Positions 1 to 14,123 of a stretch of DNA of 64,000 nucleotides are shown here, piece after piece. The stretch's first letter is position 1. Each line of letters starts with the position of its first letter. The notes beneath the pieces were generated by a model, which saw only the letters and a list, made by a program, of their open reading frames with translations, searched no databases and was not told the DNA's origin. The position numbers and the translations under genes are program-made. Source of the DNA: Octopus vulgaris (lineage: Eukaryota); assembly GCA_951406725.2 (NCBI GenBank), contig OX597820.1, forward strand, positions 106,454,001-106,518,000, read 5' to 3'.

Positions 1-202
1 GCTTTTAATTCATGATATGATTGATTTTGGCTAACCTTGGGCTAAACAACAATGTAATGGCTTATGTCATTTATGTCCAATTAACATTGGTTTATCTTTC
101 CAGCTATGCTGTTTCAGGTTCAGTCCCAGTGCATAGCATCTTGAGTAAGTGGCTTCTATGAAAGCCTTGTGTATAGAGTTGTAGACAAACTGAAATGCCT
201 AT

Positions 203-494
203 TGTGTGTGTGTGCGCATGCACATGTGTGTGCGCATGCACATGTGTGTGTGCATGCACATGTGTGTGCGCATGCACATGTGTGTGTGTGTGTGTGTGTG
301 CACATGTGTGTGCATGCATGCACGTGTGTGTGCACGTGTGTGTGTGCGCATGCACGTGTGTGTGTGCGCATGCACGTGTGTGTGTGCGCATGCACGTGTG
401 TGTGTGCGCATGCACGTGTGTGTGTGCGCATGCACGTGTGTGTGTGTGCATGCACGTGTGTGTGTGCGTGTACACATGCACGTGTGTGTGTGTG
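203..494. repeat. Compound (TG)n/CATGCACG tract with a 20-bp minisatellite
   Basis: Strict pyrimidine-purine alternation. The unit TGTGTGCGCATGCACGTGTG is repeated 5 times at 341-440, plus a variant. It explains the His/Cys/Val-rich ORFs. Confidence 0.95.
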
Positions 495-3400
495 GGTGCC
501 CTTGTCTTGACATTTTGAGACAGTTGTGTCACCACCATACAAGTAGTGTTGTTTGTTTTCAGTCTTCCATGAAAGCATCTCTGGCCTTGAGGAAATATTA
601 CGTTGCTTGGTAAACAAGAGAAAGTTGGCAGCAGGAAGTATATCCAGCCATAGAAAATCTGCCTCACAAATTCCTTCTAACTCAGGCAAGCATGGAAAAT
701 TGATGATAATTGGTCCATTCAGACAAGTTTCACCTGATCTGGTCTCGTGTTTTACCATATGATGTGTACTTGATCTCTTATGCTATTAATTACTATGATA
801 GTCTGTACTCCTCTGAATTTTGGAACTCTCTGCCAGACACCTTTTAAACTCACCTCCCTTCTGCTTATTACTATTATTATGTCTCCTATCCAAGACCTTG
901 TTCTGATATCTTCATCACCCACCTGTGAGACTCCTCCTACTTCTCTGTAGTTTTCTTTCATTCAAAGGTTGAACGTTTTGGACCCAACTGATCCTTCTTT
1001 TCCTCTTTCTCGAACTAACTGATAAAGACTTAAGTGGTAGGAGCAGTAACATTGTTAATGTAACAAGTCCCAAAAATATATTTAATGAATTAAATTTACA
1101 CCCATAGTTAAGACAAAAAGTCATTAGCTTTGATTATATGATTCTGGTCAAGGAAAAGCAGGAAGATGATACCAAGACACTAATTAATTAAAAATAGATC
1201 ATGGTGGGGAATGCACTGAATTATTGTAAGTCTGATCTTTGTCAAATAAGGTGACAGCTATCAATATGTTTTGGTCTTATGCATCCTCCTGGTGGTGTTT
1301 GTTTTATTTAACATCTGTTTTCTTCTATGCTAGCAAGGCTTTGATAGGATGTAAGGCATTCTATGGCCAGATGCACTTCTTGTCACCAACCTTTACATGT
1401 TTTTCAAGTAAGCTAGCCGATAATTTGTTGACTGGAAATTTCAACAAATGTCACAATTTGCAGCTTGCTGCAAATGGTAACATCACTGTATGTGGCCATA
1501 GCTCAGACACATATACACATATATTTATACACACATGCATGTGTGTATAAATATGTGTATAATGTACATACATACATATGTACATACAGTAATCAGACAA
1601 AAAATTAAGGTCGTTTGTATATAATTCTATTCAGTGTTATGATTGTTTCAAATATCTAGAGGAACTGTTTCCTCACTTTACAATAATTTGTATACATAAT
1701 TAATCAATTAATGGAACTGTTAACCCTCAACTGTTTTCCTCACATGGAGTGCTAACTAAGGTATTTGCATGGATTTCTTCAATCCTTGTTTTCTATCAAT
1801 GACACACACACACACACACATATACTAGGAGCTTCTTTCAGTACCCATCTGTAAAATTCCTTCACATAGCATTGGTCATCCTTGGCCTATATTAGAGAAC
1901 ACTTGCCTGAGGTACCATACATTGGTATTGAACCCTAACCCAAATGAACTTCTCAGCCTTACAGCAATCCCAGCACTTTATATGTCAATAAAATGTACAC
2001 AACCCTAAGTCCTGTTTACTTTACCTGTGTCAAGAAACTCCTGTATGTCACATGAACTCATTTTCTAGTCTCTATTATTTTAAGGTGCAGTCTTAGTATA
2101 AGAGACCAATATTTTCAGAGATTCATATTCTTTAATCATGTCTATGGGCAGTGAATTGGCAGTATCATTCGAGCATCAAACAAAATACCTTACAATATTT
2201 ATTCTTAGCCCAATATAAATAACTTAGTCCAAATATTTATTCTTGTTCTTCTGTTGGCCTTGTGCCAAAATTTGAAACCAGTATTATTCTTGGTCTTTAC
2301 CTTCTGAATTCAAATCCCATCAAAGTCAACTTTGTCTTTCATTTCTCCAGGATCAATAAAGTACAAATTAAGTACTGAGGTCGATTGTATAGACTAACCC
2401 TGTCTAAAAATTGTTCTTTTTTTTCCTAAATCAAAAGCTATTATTTGGTCTAGTTTAGTTTTATCATTGCCATACTGATCATCGTTTTAACCTCCATTTT
2501 TCCAAGCTTGCATGGATCAAACAGAATTTGTTGAGGCAGATTTTCTATGACTGAATTCTCTTCTTGTTGCCAAGCCTCACTTGTTTCAGAGCACAGTTAG
2601 ACCATGTTTTCATGGAAGACTAGGAACAGCATTGCTTGTATGATGGTGATGCTCATTTATAACCATCACATGATATCAAGATAATGCACACATACGAAGG
2701 GTTTCTTTCAGTTTCCATCTTCCTAATCCATTCAAAAGGCTTTGGTCAGCTGGTGGTTATAGTCATGCACAGGGACTGGAAACCCAATTAACTAATCCTT
2801 CCATAAATATATCATTGGCTTTCTGCAAAGTATTTTTAGTTAGAAAAATTTTAGACACAGTTTTCAACTTCCAAATCTGGAGTAAATTAGTTTCTTTTAA
2901 GTTCTTTTGTATTCAAAAATTTTCTGATTCTCTTATTTATTATTAGCACAATGTCATTGCAAAATGACATTTGGGTTTTGTTTGCTATTAGATATTTTAA
3001 TTCCCTCCAGAATTTTCTTTTAGCTGCAGTTAGGCTTTGCAGGCTAAGAATTGTTTTTCTCCTAGTGAGTTGTTAGCTGAATTAACTAACAGATTGTCTT
3101 ATATATATATTACATATAACCAAGGTACAGTGAGATCCAGTGAAGTGATAAACTAAATCCCTTGTTCTTTATCATTCCCTAACCCTAACCCTACATCAAT
3201 TTGGAAACCTATGTTGTGCACATACTTTTCCATTCTTTTTTTCTTTGGTAGCTCAGAATAAAGATCTTTTGTCTCAAGTCTGGTTATACTTCTAAATATA
3301 GTACCATTAGAAATGTATTCAGATTCTAAATAATGACCTTATTATTTTCATCTGCTGGTCTTTACAGTTTATTTGTTCTTAAAACTAGTTTTAGAAAAGA

Positions 3401-3941
3401 GGAAAAAAAAAAATGAAAAACTTCACTGATTTCAACAAAGATTATATCAAGTTATTAGATATCTGTAAGAAAGCAGACATTTTGTCGATGATTCTGTTGA
3501 TTTACTAAATAGGTTTTATAAAACTGTCTAGATTTACATAGACTAACTAACCTTGGTCATTTTCTTTTTTCTATTATTATTAATATTATTATTATTACTT
3601 TCTTCTTGAGTAAATAACTTAGTCCAAAATATTAAAGGGTGTTAGTGTATGCATAGCGTGTGCATAGAGGTGAGTTTTTCTTATTGTTTACTGTCCATAT
3701 TCCATGCTGGCATGGTTTGACATCCAACTAACCTGAGAACTGTTTTGTTCTTCAGTGTCTGCTTTGGCAAGGTTTTTAATGGTTGGATGCCCTTCCTAAT
3801 ACCAAACACTTATCAGTGCACTGGATGCTTATTTTCATAGCACCAGTATTAGTGAAGTCGCCAAATAACTCACAAGGCAAGACTCCTTTGACAGAGTTGG
3901 GGGTGCAGTATTGAAGGAGATGGCTTTGTGCTAAGTGTTGA

Positions 3942-4170
3942 GAAGCTGGCAGAAGCGTTAGCACACCGGGCGAAATGCGTAGCCGTATTTCATCTGCTGT
4001 TATGTTCCGAGTTCAAATTCCGCCGAGGTCGACTTTGCCTTTCATCCTTTCGGGGTCGATAAATTAAGTACCAGTTACGCACTGGGGTTGATGTAATCGA
4101 CTTAATCCGTTTGTCTGTCTTTGTTTGTCCTCTCTGTGTTTTACCCCTTGTGGGTAGTAAAGAAATTGGT
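3942..4170 (+). mobile_element. tRNA-derived SINE, family B (well-preserved copy)
   Basis: A-box-like AGCTGGCAGAA, B-box GAGTTCAAATTCC and central GTCGACTTTGCCTTTCATCCTTTCGGGGTCGATAAATTAAGTACCAG. More than ten related copies lie elsewhere in the window. Confidence 0.85.
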
Positions 4171-4833
4171 ATCTCTGCAGGAAAATGAGAAGAGGATGGT
4201 AGAAATGAGTTACAGGGCATACCCTCAAGGTACAAGAAGGTGAATAAAGAGAGAATAAGGGCGGGGATGGCTGGATGTGTTGTTAAGTTTGTAAGAATGA
4301 CAGATAATAGAAATGAGGACAGAATTGGAAGCAGGGACTGGTGAATATGGATGAAATATGAAACTTCCATATAAAAATCAATTCTGTCAGAATTTTTTCT
4401 GCTATCCTACTTTCTATTGTTTTCTTAATTATATTTTTCAAATTCTTTCTTTGATTTTCAATGTTCAAATGGATAGTAAAATTTTCGAAAAAGTTATATG
4501 ATTCAGAAAATTAACCACCCATAGTACTGATAGCCATATCTCAAAATCATTATATTGAATGGCAAATAAGATCGTACAACATTCCCAAGTTCTTCATAGA
4601 AATTAGCAATAGTACAATGATACTACCATTTCTGGAGCTACATATCACAAGTACAGGCTTTGCTACCCTTTGTATCTCAAAAAAGTATGGGACTTAGTTA
4701 TAAACGATGGAGTGAAGACTGGTTTCAATGGAAGCAGACAGACATACAATAGATGCGCACACTTGGATGTATGCATCGACAGTTCAACCAACACATCAAC
4801 TCAACCACATATTTACAAATGCTGGGAACTCTC

Positions 4834-6453
4834 TTAATTCAAAAAATCTTGTTGCTTTGTTAGTGACCGGCTTGAACTCTCCCAAGAAAAACTGAGATAA
4901 ACTGAAAGAAAAATCACAATCATACACCTTTCTACTGCTCCACGTAGGTCACAAAGCATTTGGTTGTAAAACAAAGAGTCTTGTGAAGAACAGTTTGTGA
5001 TTTGATAAAGTTCAGTTCTGTGTCCATCAAAAATCTGTGCTTTAAGTTTTTCAGTCATCAAGTCTGGAAATACACTGCAAATATACTTGAAGCACTCCCC
5101 ATTTTTGTCAAGAGCTTTGATGAATTGCTTGATCAATCCGAGTTTGATGTGCAAAGGGGTGGAAATGATTTTATCTCACTCAATATATGTGCAGCTCTAC
5201 ATGGAGCCATATTTGTTCGAGGCAGCCAGTCTTTCTTAACATAGTGGTTTCCTTGGTCTCTACTGTTCCACATGCAAAGAAAGCATGGGTATTTGGTATA
5301 ACCAGATTGCTGTCCCATGAGAAAATTCACCATCTTTAAGTCAATGCAGATGACCCATTTATGGTCATGATAGAATATCTTCTCTAAACCCAACTTAATT
5401 TCTTGATATCTTTCCTTCAGAGTTGTTGAGTGGCCAAGTGGGACAAAGCTATACACATTTCCGTTGTGCAACAATACACATTTTAAACAACACTTAGAGC
5501 GGACTATGAAAAGACACCATTCCTCTGGTTTGTATTCCTTAACACCAAGTGTATCAAGAAGCCCATTGACATCTCTGCAGTAAACCAGCTCTTCTGCTTT
5601 TGTGAAGACAGAAAGGAACTCTTCATGCCAACTCTGATACAATGTTATACAGACACCATTCTCCAGAAGATTCTTCTCTTTCAGTTGAGAAGCCAACAAT
5701 TCTGGAGAATTTTTTGGGAGGTTCAATTCACGAACTAGTTCATTCAACTCTACCTGGGAGAATAGCTGAGGTAAAGTCAATTGAAAAGTCTTGATCTCCA
5801 GTGTCTTCTTCAGTTAATGAATCTTCTTTGGTTGGGGGTAAAGTTATCTAAGGCAAGACATTGAAGACAGGAACAGGAAGCTCTTCACTGAGTGGAACCG
5901 GTCTAATAGCAGAGGCAAGATTAGGATAGACAAGTGTTTGTCGATTTTTCCTTTCAAATTTAGGTTACAAAGATAGCAGTCATCCATGTGATTGTAGGGC
6001 TCCCACCATACCATTGGTATAGCAAACCTCATACTTTTCCTTGTCCCTGTAGTCCATTGTCGCAAATGTTCCGTACATTGTTTGCAGACTCTATGCAGTG
6101 CCCAATATTTATCTTGGTCTCCCATCTTGACCCCAAAATATACCACATATGCTCTTTCAACAAAATCAGTGCATTCTCCACAAACAAAATACGTCTTGAA
6201 GAGGACATCTTGCTCATTTTCTATTGCTTAGATAAATATCTAAAAAGAATGGAAAAAAGAAAAATAATTAGAATTAGAATAAGGTAACAAACACTGCGTA
6301 CTGGACATACACACATACATAGTGACTACAGGGATGTTCAATAACTTAAAAACTAGATCTGATAGGTCAAATAGGTTATATTTGGATTCAGGAGACCAAT
6401 TTTGTATAGGAATGATGTCTATTTCCTAAACACCAAAAACCTTGTAGACCAGC
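4834..6453 (-). mobile_element. Decayed Chapaev3-type (CMC) DNA transposon
   Basis: Frameshifted transposase pieces YFGVKMGDQDKYWALHRVCKQC...WWEPYNHMDDCYLC, FSQVELNELVRELNLPK...LKCVLLHNGN...GQQSGYTKYPCFLCMW and LHIKLGLIKQFIKALDKNGECFKY...IFDG are characteristic of Chapaev3. C-terminal part is missing; the left boundary is uncertain. Confidence 0.8.
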
Positions 6454-7057
6454 ATTATTAATAAAATATATCCAGTGATTTCTTTCTTTAGGAGGACAAG
6501 TTATTGGTATATATTTGTATAGGTTAATGTTATATTTTAACTATGTAATGAGTATGTATGTTTACTAATATACATGAACATAGTGTGCTAGGAAGAATGT
6601 GATGGATTTCAATTCTCAGATGGAGGTCATTAAGCTATGCTTTTGCCTTGTCTCTGTGAGTTCAGCTGTTGTAATTGTATTGAATTTCCTTTCTTGCCTC
6701 ACCATGTCTATAAAAATTCAATGAGGAACAAATTTTCTTTTTTTTTTTTTTCAGTTTGTATGTGTAATTATTTTATAGTTACCATGGAAACTTGGTGTTC
6801 AGCATGTGTGTTTAGTATAAATAGTACAAGGAACAGGCAAAAACTAATAAAACATTTTTTTAAAAAAAGGATAAGTATAACAGGACTTTGAGAACAGTAA
6901 ATTAACATGGCTGTGATAGAGTAACAAGTTTTTTTTATAAACCAAATCCTGAACAATTAGTTTCCACTCCCAGTTATAAACTCCATAATTTCCTATATAT
7001 TTCTAAAATACTTCAGATTCTTGAACATCACAACAATGTTGTTTTTTTTTGCCTTAG

Positions 7058-7274
7058 CCTTTTAGCATTTAAACCAGCTATATCCAGCCTGAATATTCTG
7101 CCAGTTTTATGTTCAAACCAGCCAGATCCTGTCTCACACCTACCCTATAATGTCATTCCAAATATATGCAATCACACAATTGAAATGTCAAAACTACAAG
7201 ATAATACATGATTAATTTAAAACAAAGTGGATGATAAGCATTACATTTCCCTGAATAATGTGAATACTAAAGGG
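7058..7274. mobile_element. piggyBac-like MITE family 1 (TTAA-flanked)
   Basis: CCTTTTAGCATT...AATACTAAAGGG|TTAA termini; same family as 15955-16172 and 35008-35211. Confidence 0.7.
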
Positions 7275-8019
7275 TTAAGTCCATTAGGTGTCATTTACAC
7301 TTAAAACTCCACTTAAAATTACTCAATTATTATGATTTGTTTAAAACCAAAATACTGAATACATTTTTTTTTTTTTTCAAATTCTGTCTTCCTCTTATAG
7401 CATTTTCAATGAGAGCTTATGTTTTTAAGCACTTTCTTAGCCCCTTGTCCTTTACAAGAATCATTTTCTCCTTGTTACATACTTATTACATTCATACATA
7501 TGCCCTTTCACATGTTTTATAACAACACAACCAACCTCTTATGCCCTCTGATGTATCCACAAAACCTCAACTGCTCAAGTTCATCGCTTATTTATAGAAT
7601 GCTCTGTCCTTTGCTATCAGCTAAGATAAGTGGTATAAGTTTTACTTATTTATTACTATTGCATTGTGATTGAGGAAAAGGTTATTTATATGATAGCTCT
7701 CCAGATAGATTCCTTCAGAAATTCGTTACAAAAGAACACAGTTAATTTATTGGCTCAGTACTGTTATGTTATAAGTTTTTATATTATATTCTGTAGAAGA
7801 AATATTGTCTTTTGGTTTCTTTCTCATTCTTCAGTCCTCTATTTTTGTAGGTGTTAATTATCTCAAGAATTACATGAGCACCATGGCTCAGTTTGGTGTT
7901 AAGATGATAAAAATGTTGGTCATGAGTTCAAACTCTACAACTACTGCTATACTCTGGTGGGGCTGTGCTTCTAGGCAATACACATAACATTTCTTCTCTC
8001 AACCTACCTGACTGGCAAA

Positions 8020-8051
<32 letters not shown>

Positions 8052-9445
8052 GCACCACCACTACTACATGGTTGCTTTACCTGCTAGAAATAGCTGCTGC
8101 CAAATTCCCTTAAGCCATACATCCTGCCATTTTTAGAAATTATGAAGTCTAGAACAACACTGCAATGTATTTGATATGTGATATCTTAGAAAAAATCGGT
8201 TGGTCATTGTTGGAATGCTTTTAATCATAGATCTTCTCAGTCAGCAGACTTGGGTTTCGTGGATTAAACTATAGAAAGGGGATCCAGCTGTATATGTGAA
8301 TTATCTCATGGATATTAGCATGGAATAATGGGGGAAAAAACATTTTCTTTGTTATTAGCAACATTTAAGAAGTATCTTTTATATGGGACACCTCTACCCC
8401 CACTCTAACCATCTACCCCCACTCTCCTTTCACACTCTTATGAACCTATTCACCTTTCTATATACTGACACCTTCTCACATCTTTGTCTTCCTCCCAGCC
8501 TCTGTAATACTTTAACCTCTCAACACTGACATGAAGCCACCTCTCTCTAATAGAACCTCACTCAGTTGAGGGGTCTTTCTCTTTGTCTTCCACGTTACTT
8601 GGTAACCTTATTAGTGGTAGTGTCATGAAAAAGCATTCAGTAGATTCTGTAAAGTTGTTGACATTAAAAAGGACATCCAGCTGTAGAAATCAGGCTAAAG
8701 TAGACAGTGGAGTTCAATGCAGTTGTTTGGTTCATTGGATTTTATTGAACTGGACAACACATGCCAATGTGTCAAATGCACATTAAATGACGGAGGACAA
8801 GACCACAAGTTTGCTGACTAGAAATCGGACCATTTTTTCTGGCTTCTATTGTCATTCTTCCATGTCCTTCTGAATCTGCCTATCCATGCAACCTGAATTC
8901 TTTGCTTGTATTTTCTCCCTATCCACATTCTTATACATTGAGGGTACACCCTGATACCTCATTTCCACCAACCTTTCTCCATTTCAAGTTAGGATGGCCA
9001 TGTATCTCTACAGCAAGATACCTGTACCTATTCCTCTCTCTTACTTTAGCTTCTCAGCACCTCTTACAAAACCACCTTCCATTCTACTGTCATCCCACTC
9101 ACCAGATGGGAGTCTTAGTTTTGCAAGCTACATGATGACATTGTTATTGGTGGTGCAAACAAAAAGGTACCCAGTACAGTCTGTAATGTGGTTGGCATTA
9201 GGAAAGGTATCTAGCAATAGTAACCATGTCGAAACAGATATTGGAGCCCAACCCAAGCCAGTATGAAATTGACATTAAATGATGATGATGATGAAAATTT
9301 TGTCACTATGGAACTGATACTTGGAATATAAATTAACATTAAATTTTGATGGAAAGTGTTTTAATTTAGATTACTTCAAAACAGGAAGTTAGTATCATAG
9401 AACCGGTGGTGATCTAAGGCAGATTGGTTTTAAAAGGGCTAATAT

Positions 9446-9823
9446 TACTCTTTTACTCTTTTACTTGTTTCAGTCATTTGACTGTGGCCATGCTGGAGCA
9501 CCACATTTAGTAAAGCAAGTTGACCCCAGGACTTATTCCATGTAAGCCTAGTACTTATTCTATCTGTCTCTTTTGCCGAACTGCTAAGTTACGGGGACGC
9601 AAACACGCCAGTATCAGTTGTCAAGCGATGTTGGGGGGACAGACACACATACATATATACGACAGGCTTCTTTCAGTTTCCGTCTAACAAATCCACTCAC
9701 AAGGTTTTGGTCGGCTCATGGCTATAGTAGAAGACACTTGCCCAAGGTGCCACGCAGTGGGACTGAACCCGGAACCCTGTGGCTGGTAAGCAAGCTACTT
9801 GCCACACAGCCACTCCTGCACCT
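9446..9823 (-). mobile_element. tRNA-derived SINE, family A, full length
   Basis: Reverse strand reads GTGGCTGTGTGG...GGTTCAGTCCCACTGCGTGGCACCTTGGGCAAGTGTCTT...with a (GAGTAAAA)n tail. Confidence 0.85.
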
Positions 9824-11077
9824 ATTGTCCATCTTTCTCTGAGAATTCTTTTTTTATGGTACATCTGTTACTGGCCATTCTCGATTAGCTATGAGGAGAA
9901 TATAAGGAAAGAGGGGTGTGCCAGAAAAAGAAGGGAGGGGATGTTGGTAAGTCTTATTATAGCAGTAGTGATAGGGAAAAGAGAGGTGAATGCTTCAAGA
10001 GAATTTTGGTAAGAAGTAGCATAGCATATTCAGAGAGATAAGATTATTATATCAGAAGAGACAGCAGGGGTCAATAATTAAAGTGTATTAGTATAGCTGC
10101 CCCCGTCCCCAGCAGACATTTTAGAGGGGGATGTTGTGTACAGAATGTGCATGTGTATGTGTGGGTGCACCATCTCAGATATGTGAAGTATTTGTAGAGC
10201 AGGTCATATTTGCACTCTAACAAAGGTTAATGGTTGCTGTGTGAAGAGGTAGTTTATTAAACTCCAAAGAGAACAGGTATTTTCTGTAATACAGTCTTGA
10301 TAATCTACTGCATCAAATATCATTGCTATCATTTTTAGCTTGCGTAGCTTAAATTGGTGGGGTTCTGCTACAGCTAACAATTCCACCAGTACGCCAACAT
10401 GGTTACAGTATACATAATGGGAGCTAATGTTTAACAATATTAACTTTCATAATACAATGACTACAGCTGCTTTCATTAAAATGAGAACCAAGAAGGAATT
10501 TGCTACATAGTTTCTTGACTTGCTCAACATAGCAACCAAATATCTTCTCAACAGATTTCCCTAATGTCATTCAGATGGAGAACACAGGAGCATGAAACTA
10601 ACAAGAAAGCTCACCTATCTATCAATCTATCTCTCTACTCACCTCCATATCTTTTTGCCTATCTATGTACCTAGCTACCTGTCTATATCTACCTTTGTTC
10701 AATATTGTGTCTATATTCTTTTCAACATACCTATTAAAATCTTCACAATTTAGACTTCACATTTTATATCTTTTGACATTATGACAAGACATTGCAACTA
10801 AAAGTCACAGTTGAATACAACACATCTCACACTAGGGATATTAAATCTGCATATCTTGAGTGCTGAAATAATGGGTTGGTTCCTAAATATTTCATTGGTT
10901 TACTTTGAGCCCTAATCTTACTTAAAGACTTATACAGTATCGTAATTACAATTCTATCCTTCTGTCAGGTTTATTACATATGCTTAAATACCTCATTTAC
11001 CAAACTAATAATTCCAAGTCATTTAGATTTAAATTTCTAATTTAGATAATCATACACATGTATATATTATATATACA

Positions 11078-11273
11078 CAGGGTGCAGCAAAAAACACTCC
11101 CTCCCATTTACCTTTTTTTTCTTTGTAAACATTTTAACAGCAAATGCATGGTGTGTACCAGTCTAAACCATGATGGTAACTGAAAAAACATGGTAAAACA
11201 TTAGGTAGATGAAGCCACCATTACCACTTGCCTAAAAAAAAAAAATTCTGCAAAGTTTTTCTTCTACACCCTG
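11078..11273. mobile_element. Tc1/mariner-like MITE
   Basis: Imperfect TIRs CAGGGTGCAGCAAAAAA / TTTTTCTTCTACACCCTG. Confidence 0.5.
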
Positions 11274-11646
11274 TTTTGCATATATTGTGCCAGTGTCATG
11301 AAAGAAAAAAGCACCCAGTACTCTCTGTAAAGTGATTAGTCTTTAGGAAAAGCATCCAGCCTTAGAAATCATATTAACACAGTAAATGATGGTAATGATG
11401 ATGGTGAATGAAATTTTAAAAATAACTTAGAATCATCAGGTAAATAACTTTTGCAATGAAGAATTTAAGACATTAATCTCCCTCAATAACACAGACAACA
11501 TATTTCATTACACATTTTACTAACTCTTGTAATCTTTTACTGTGACTACATAGTTGTTTATATTGTCAAGCTTGCACCCTACAGTCTAGATTTTCTCCTT
11601 TCTCAAATCACAAATTACCAATAGTCTTGAACTATTAGTACAGTCG

Positions 11647-11935
11647 TACTAGCATTCCATCGGTTATGGCAACAAGATTTCAATTGATCCAGTCAGCCAA
11701 ACAGCCTGCTCATGAAATTAACATGCATGTGGCTGAGCACTCCACAGACACGTGTACTTTTAATGTACTTCTCAGGGAGATTCTGCATGACATTGAATGT
11801 GACAAGGCTGACCCTTTGAATTACTGGTACAACTCATTTTTACCAGCTAAGTGGAGTGGAGCAACATGGAATAAAGTGTCTTGCCCAAAGGACACAATGC
11901 TGCTTGGAATCGAGCTAAATACCCGAACCACCATG
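11647..11935 (-). mobile_element. SINE family C copy
   Basis: The 3' part recurs in the opposite orientation at about 43700-43915. Carries a TTGGGCAAGACACTTTATT core on the minus strand. Confidence 0.6.
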
Positions 11936-13163
11936 CCACTCACCTTCACAGTCAGCATAATAGATATATGCTTAGCTGGTCATTTTATATGCCAGACCTA
12001 AACTCCTCAGAACTCCCAGAGAAGGTGACAGTTGGAGGGAGAAAGGGCTGTACCAAGAGTGTGAAATACTGTACTCAAGAACTGATCCACATGCCTTCTT
12101 CACATACATAACAATGATGATCGTCATCATTTAACATGAGTAAAAATGTTTGACTGGGGCTGGTCAGCTGGAGAGCTACACCAGATTCCAATCTGTTTTG
12201 GTTTGATTTCTATGGCTGGATGCCTTTCCTAATACCAACCACTCCACTGAGTGTACTGGACGTCCTTTACATGTTATTAGTACTTGTCACCAGCACAGAT
12301 GCCCTTTATACGTGTCACTGGCATAGATGCCCTTTATATGTCACTGGCATGGGTGCCTTCCACATGTCACCGGTACTAGCCACATTATATATTTTCTGGT
12401 ATCCTTGGTTCCAAGGCCTTGGTGAATTAACTGTTTGGCTGAACCATCTGTGGTCACATGATTCAACATACTTCTAACCTACTGATTATACACTAATTAT
12501 TTATTATTGATGATGATGATTATATATATATATCATCATGATTTTTGACATCCATCTTATATGATGGTATTGGTTTAAAATCACACAAATTTACATGCCA
12601 AATTGATAGTCTTTTTCTCTCTTTTTTTCAACAGATCTAATATACTTAGGATCGATGTAGATTTGTGTTCACATTTGACACTTGCACTGACACTCTCAAT
12701 TCTCCTACCTGTAAAAGCCATAGCTAAGGGTAACTTTATGCTCAATAAACAGAGGATTTCTCAATTTCGTTATTCTCACTAACAGGTGCAGTGTACATAA
12801 TGCATGTAAATACATAGTATGCATAATACCAACTTGTAGTTGCACAATTAACTAGAGTGACAGCCATGGGAACTTCAAGATCCCTTCTCATAATTTATCT
12901 GCATCTAAGGAAGTGCCAGACAGTCACTTGCCAAAACATCTAGTGTGTTTATGTATGTGTGTATCAATAAAAGTTATAATGCACATTGGTGAAAAATTAC
13001 TGGTAAATTGATACATCAAATGAAACTATTTTGTGCTATTTACCCCACCTGAGTAACACTCACTTATTCTTCTCACCATTCGAAATACAAGTGTTTAATT
13101 TATGTTAGCTAAAATAGGAAACACACAGATTTGTTGGAGGGTAAGCAAGTCTGATATCCTTAA

Positions 13164-13360
13164 CATTTTTGATATGAACCTGCCCAAGACTGCTCTATGA
13201 TACAAACTTGATTTTCTAGAGTGATCTAAATTAGAACTTTCAAACTTTCATTATCAAAGACCAATTTGATAATGACATTTATTTTATCTAAATTCTTCAT
13301 TATTTTCAAAATTAATTGAGACAGAGACTATATTTTAGTAGAATTATGTTAACACAAGGG
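13164..13360. mobile_element. piggyBac-like MITE family 2
   Basis: TTAA-flanked. Internal sequence is shared with 28511-28730, 54821-55036 and partial copies near 9300, 20350 and 26760. Confidence 0.6.
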
Positions 13361-14092
13361 TTAACCAGTCAATTATTGTACTTAAAGGCAGCACCTACAA
13401 TCAAATGCTGCTTATATTTGCTACTAGAGCAACAGATATAATGATTTCTTAAACATTACAAATTCATTAGTGAAAGGCACAGATTGTATTTATTTGGTCC
13501 AAGAAGAGAAAAAACTCAAGTCAGTCCTGGCAGGATTTGAACTCAGAACATATTAGGACAAAAGTAAATATTGTAAGGCATCTAGAAATTTAAGGGGAGG
13601 GTTTGGTTGATACTGTTAGCTCTAGTATTTAAATGGTATTTTATCAATCACATAGGGATAAAAGGCAAAATTAACCTCAGGGGATTCAAGTTCAGAAAGT
13701 AAGAAGCTGCAGCAAATACTGCTAGGCATTTCGTCCAACAGGAAACAATTCTACCAATCTACCAAATGATGAGGATATTGATGATGATGTTGATGGCAAT
13801 TGTAGTAGTGGTAGTGATGATAATCACGATAATGGTGGTGGTGGTGGTGATTAGGATGACGGTGGTAGTGATGATGACACAAGGGCTTGAAACCTGACAG
13901 AGAACATAATGATAATAATGATGATTAAATATGATCAGGAACTTATATCTGTAAGACTCCATATTGAAGCCAGCTTGTAGCACGAAAGACTTTATGGAAT
14001 TTTATGTTTGCATTAGATTATTAAAATTTCTTTTGAAAATTATTGGTGAAGAAAACTGAATTCTTAAGTGATATAGTAATATTTTTTTCTTG

Positions 14093-14123
<31 letters not shown>

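Noticed and set aside
104-758. Six overlapping His/Thr/Cys/Val-rich ORFs
   Set aside because: They are translations of the stop-free alternating repeat, not proteins.
3950-4030. tRNA genes suggested by A/B boxes
   Set aside because: These are SINE heads followed by SINE bodies; no complete cloverleaf.
6492-6506. 15-nt symmetric microexon candidate EDKLL
   Set aside because: Weak donor (TTG|gtatat), adjacent to a transposon end, and no homology support.
12635-12730. Strong acceptor followed by a short open frame
   Set aside because: The peptide resembles no PDZ-LIM sequence and the donor is uncertain.
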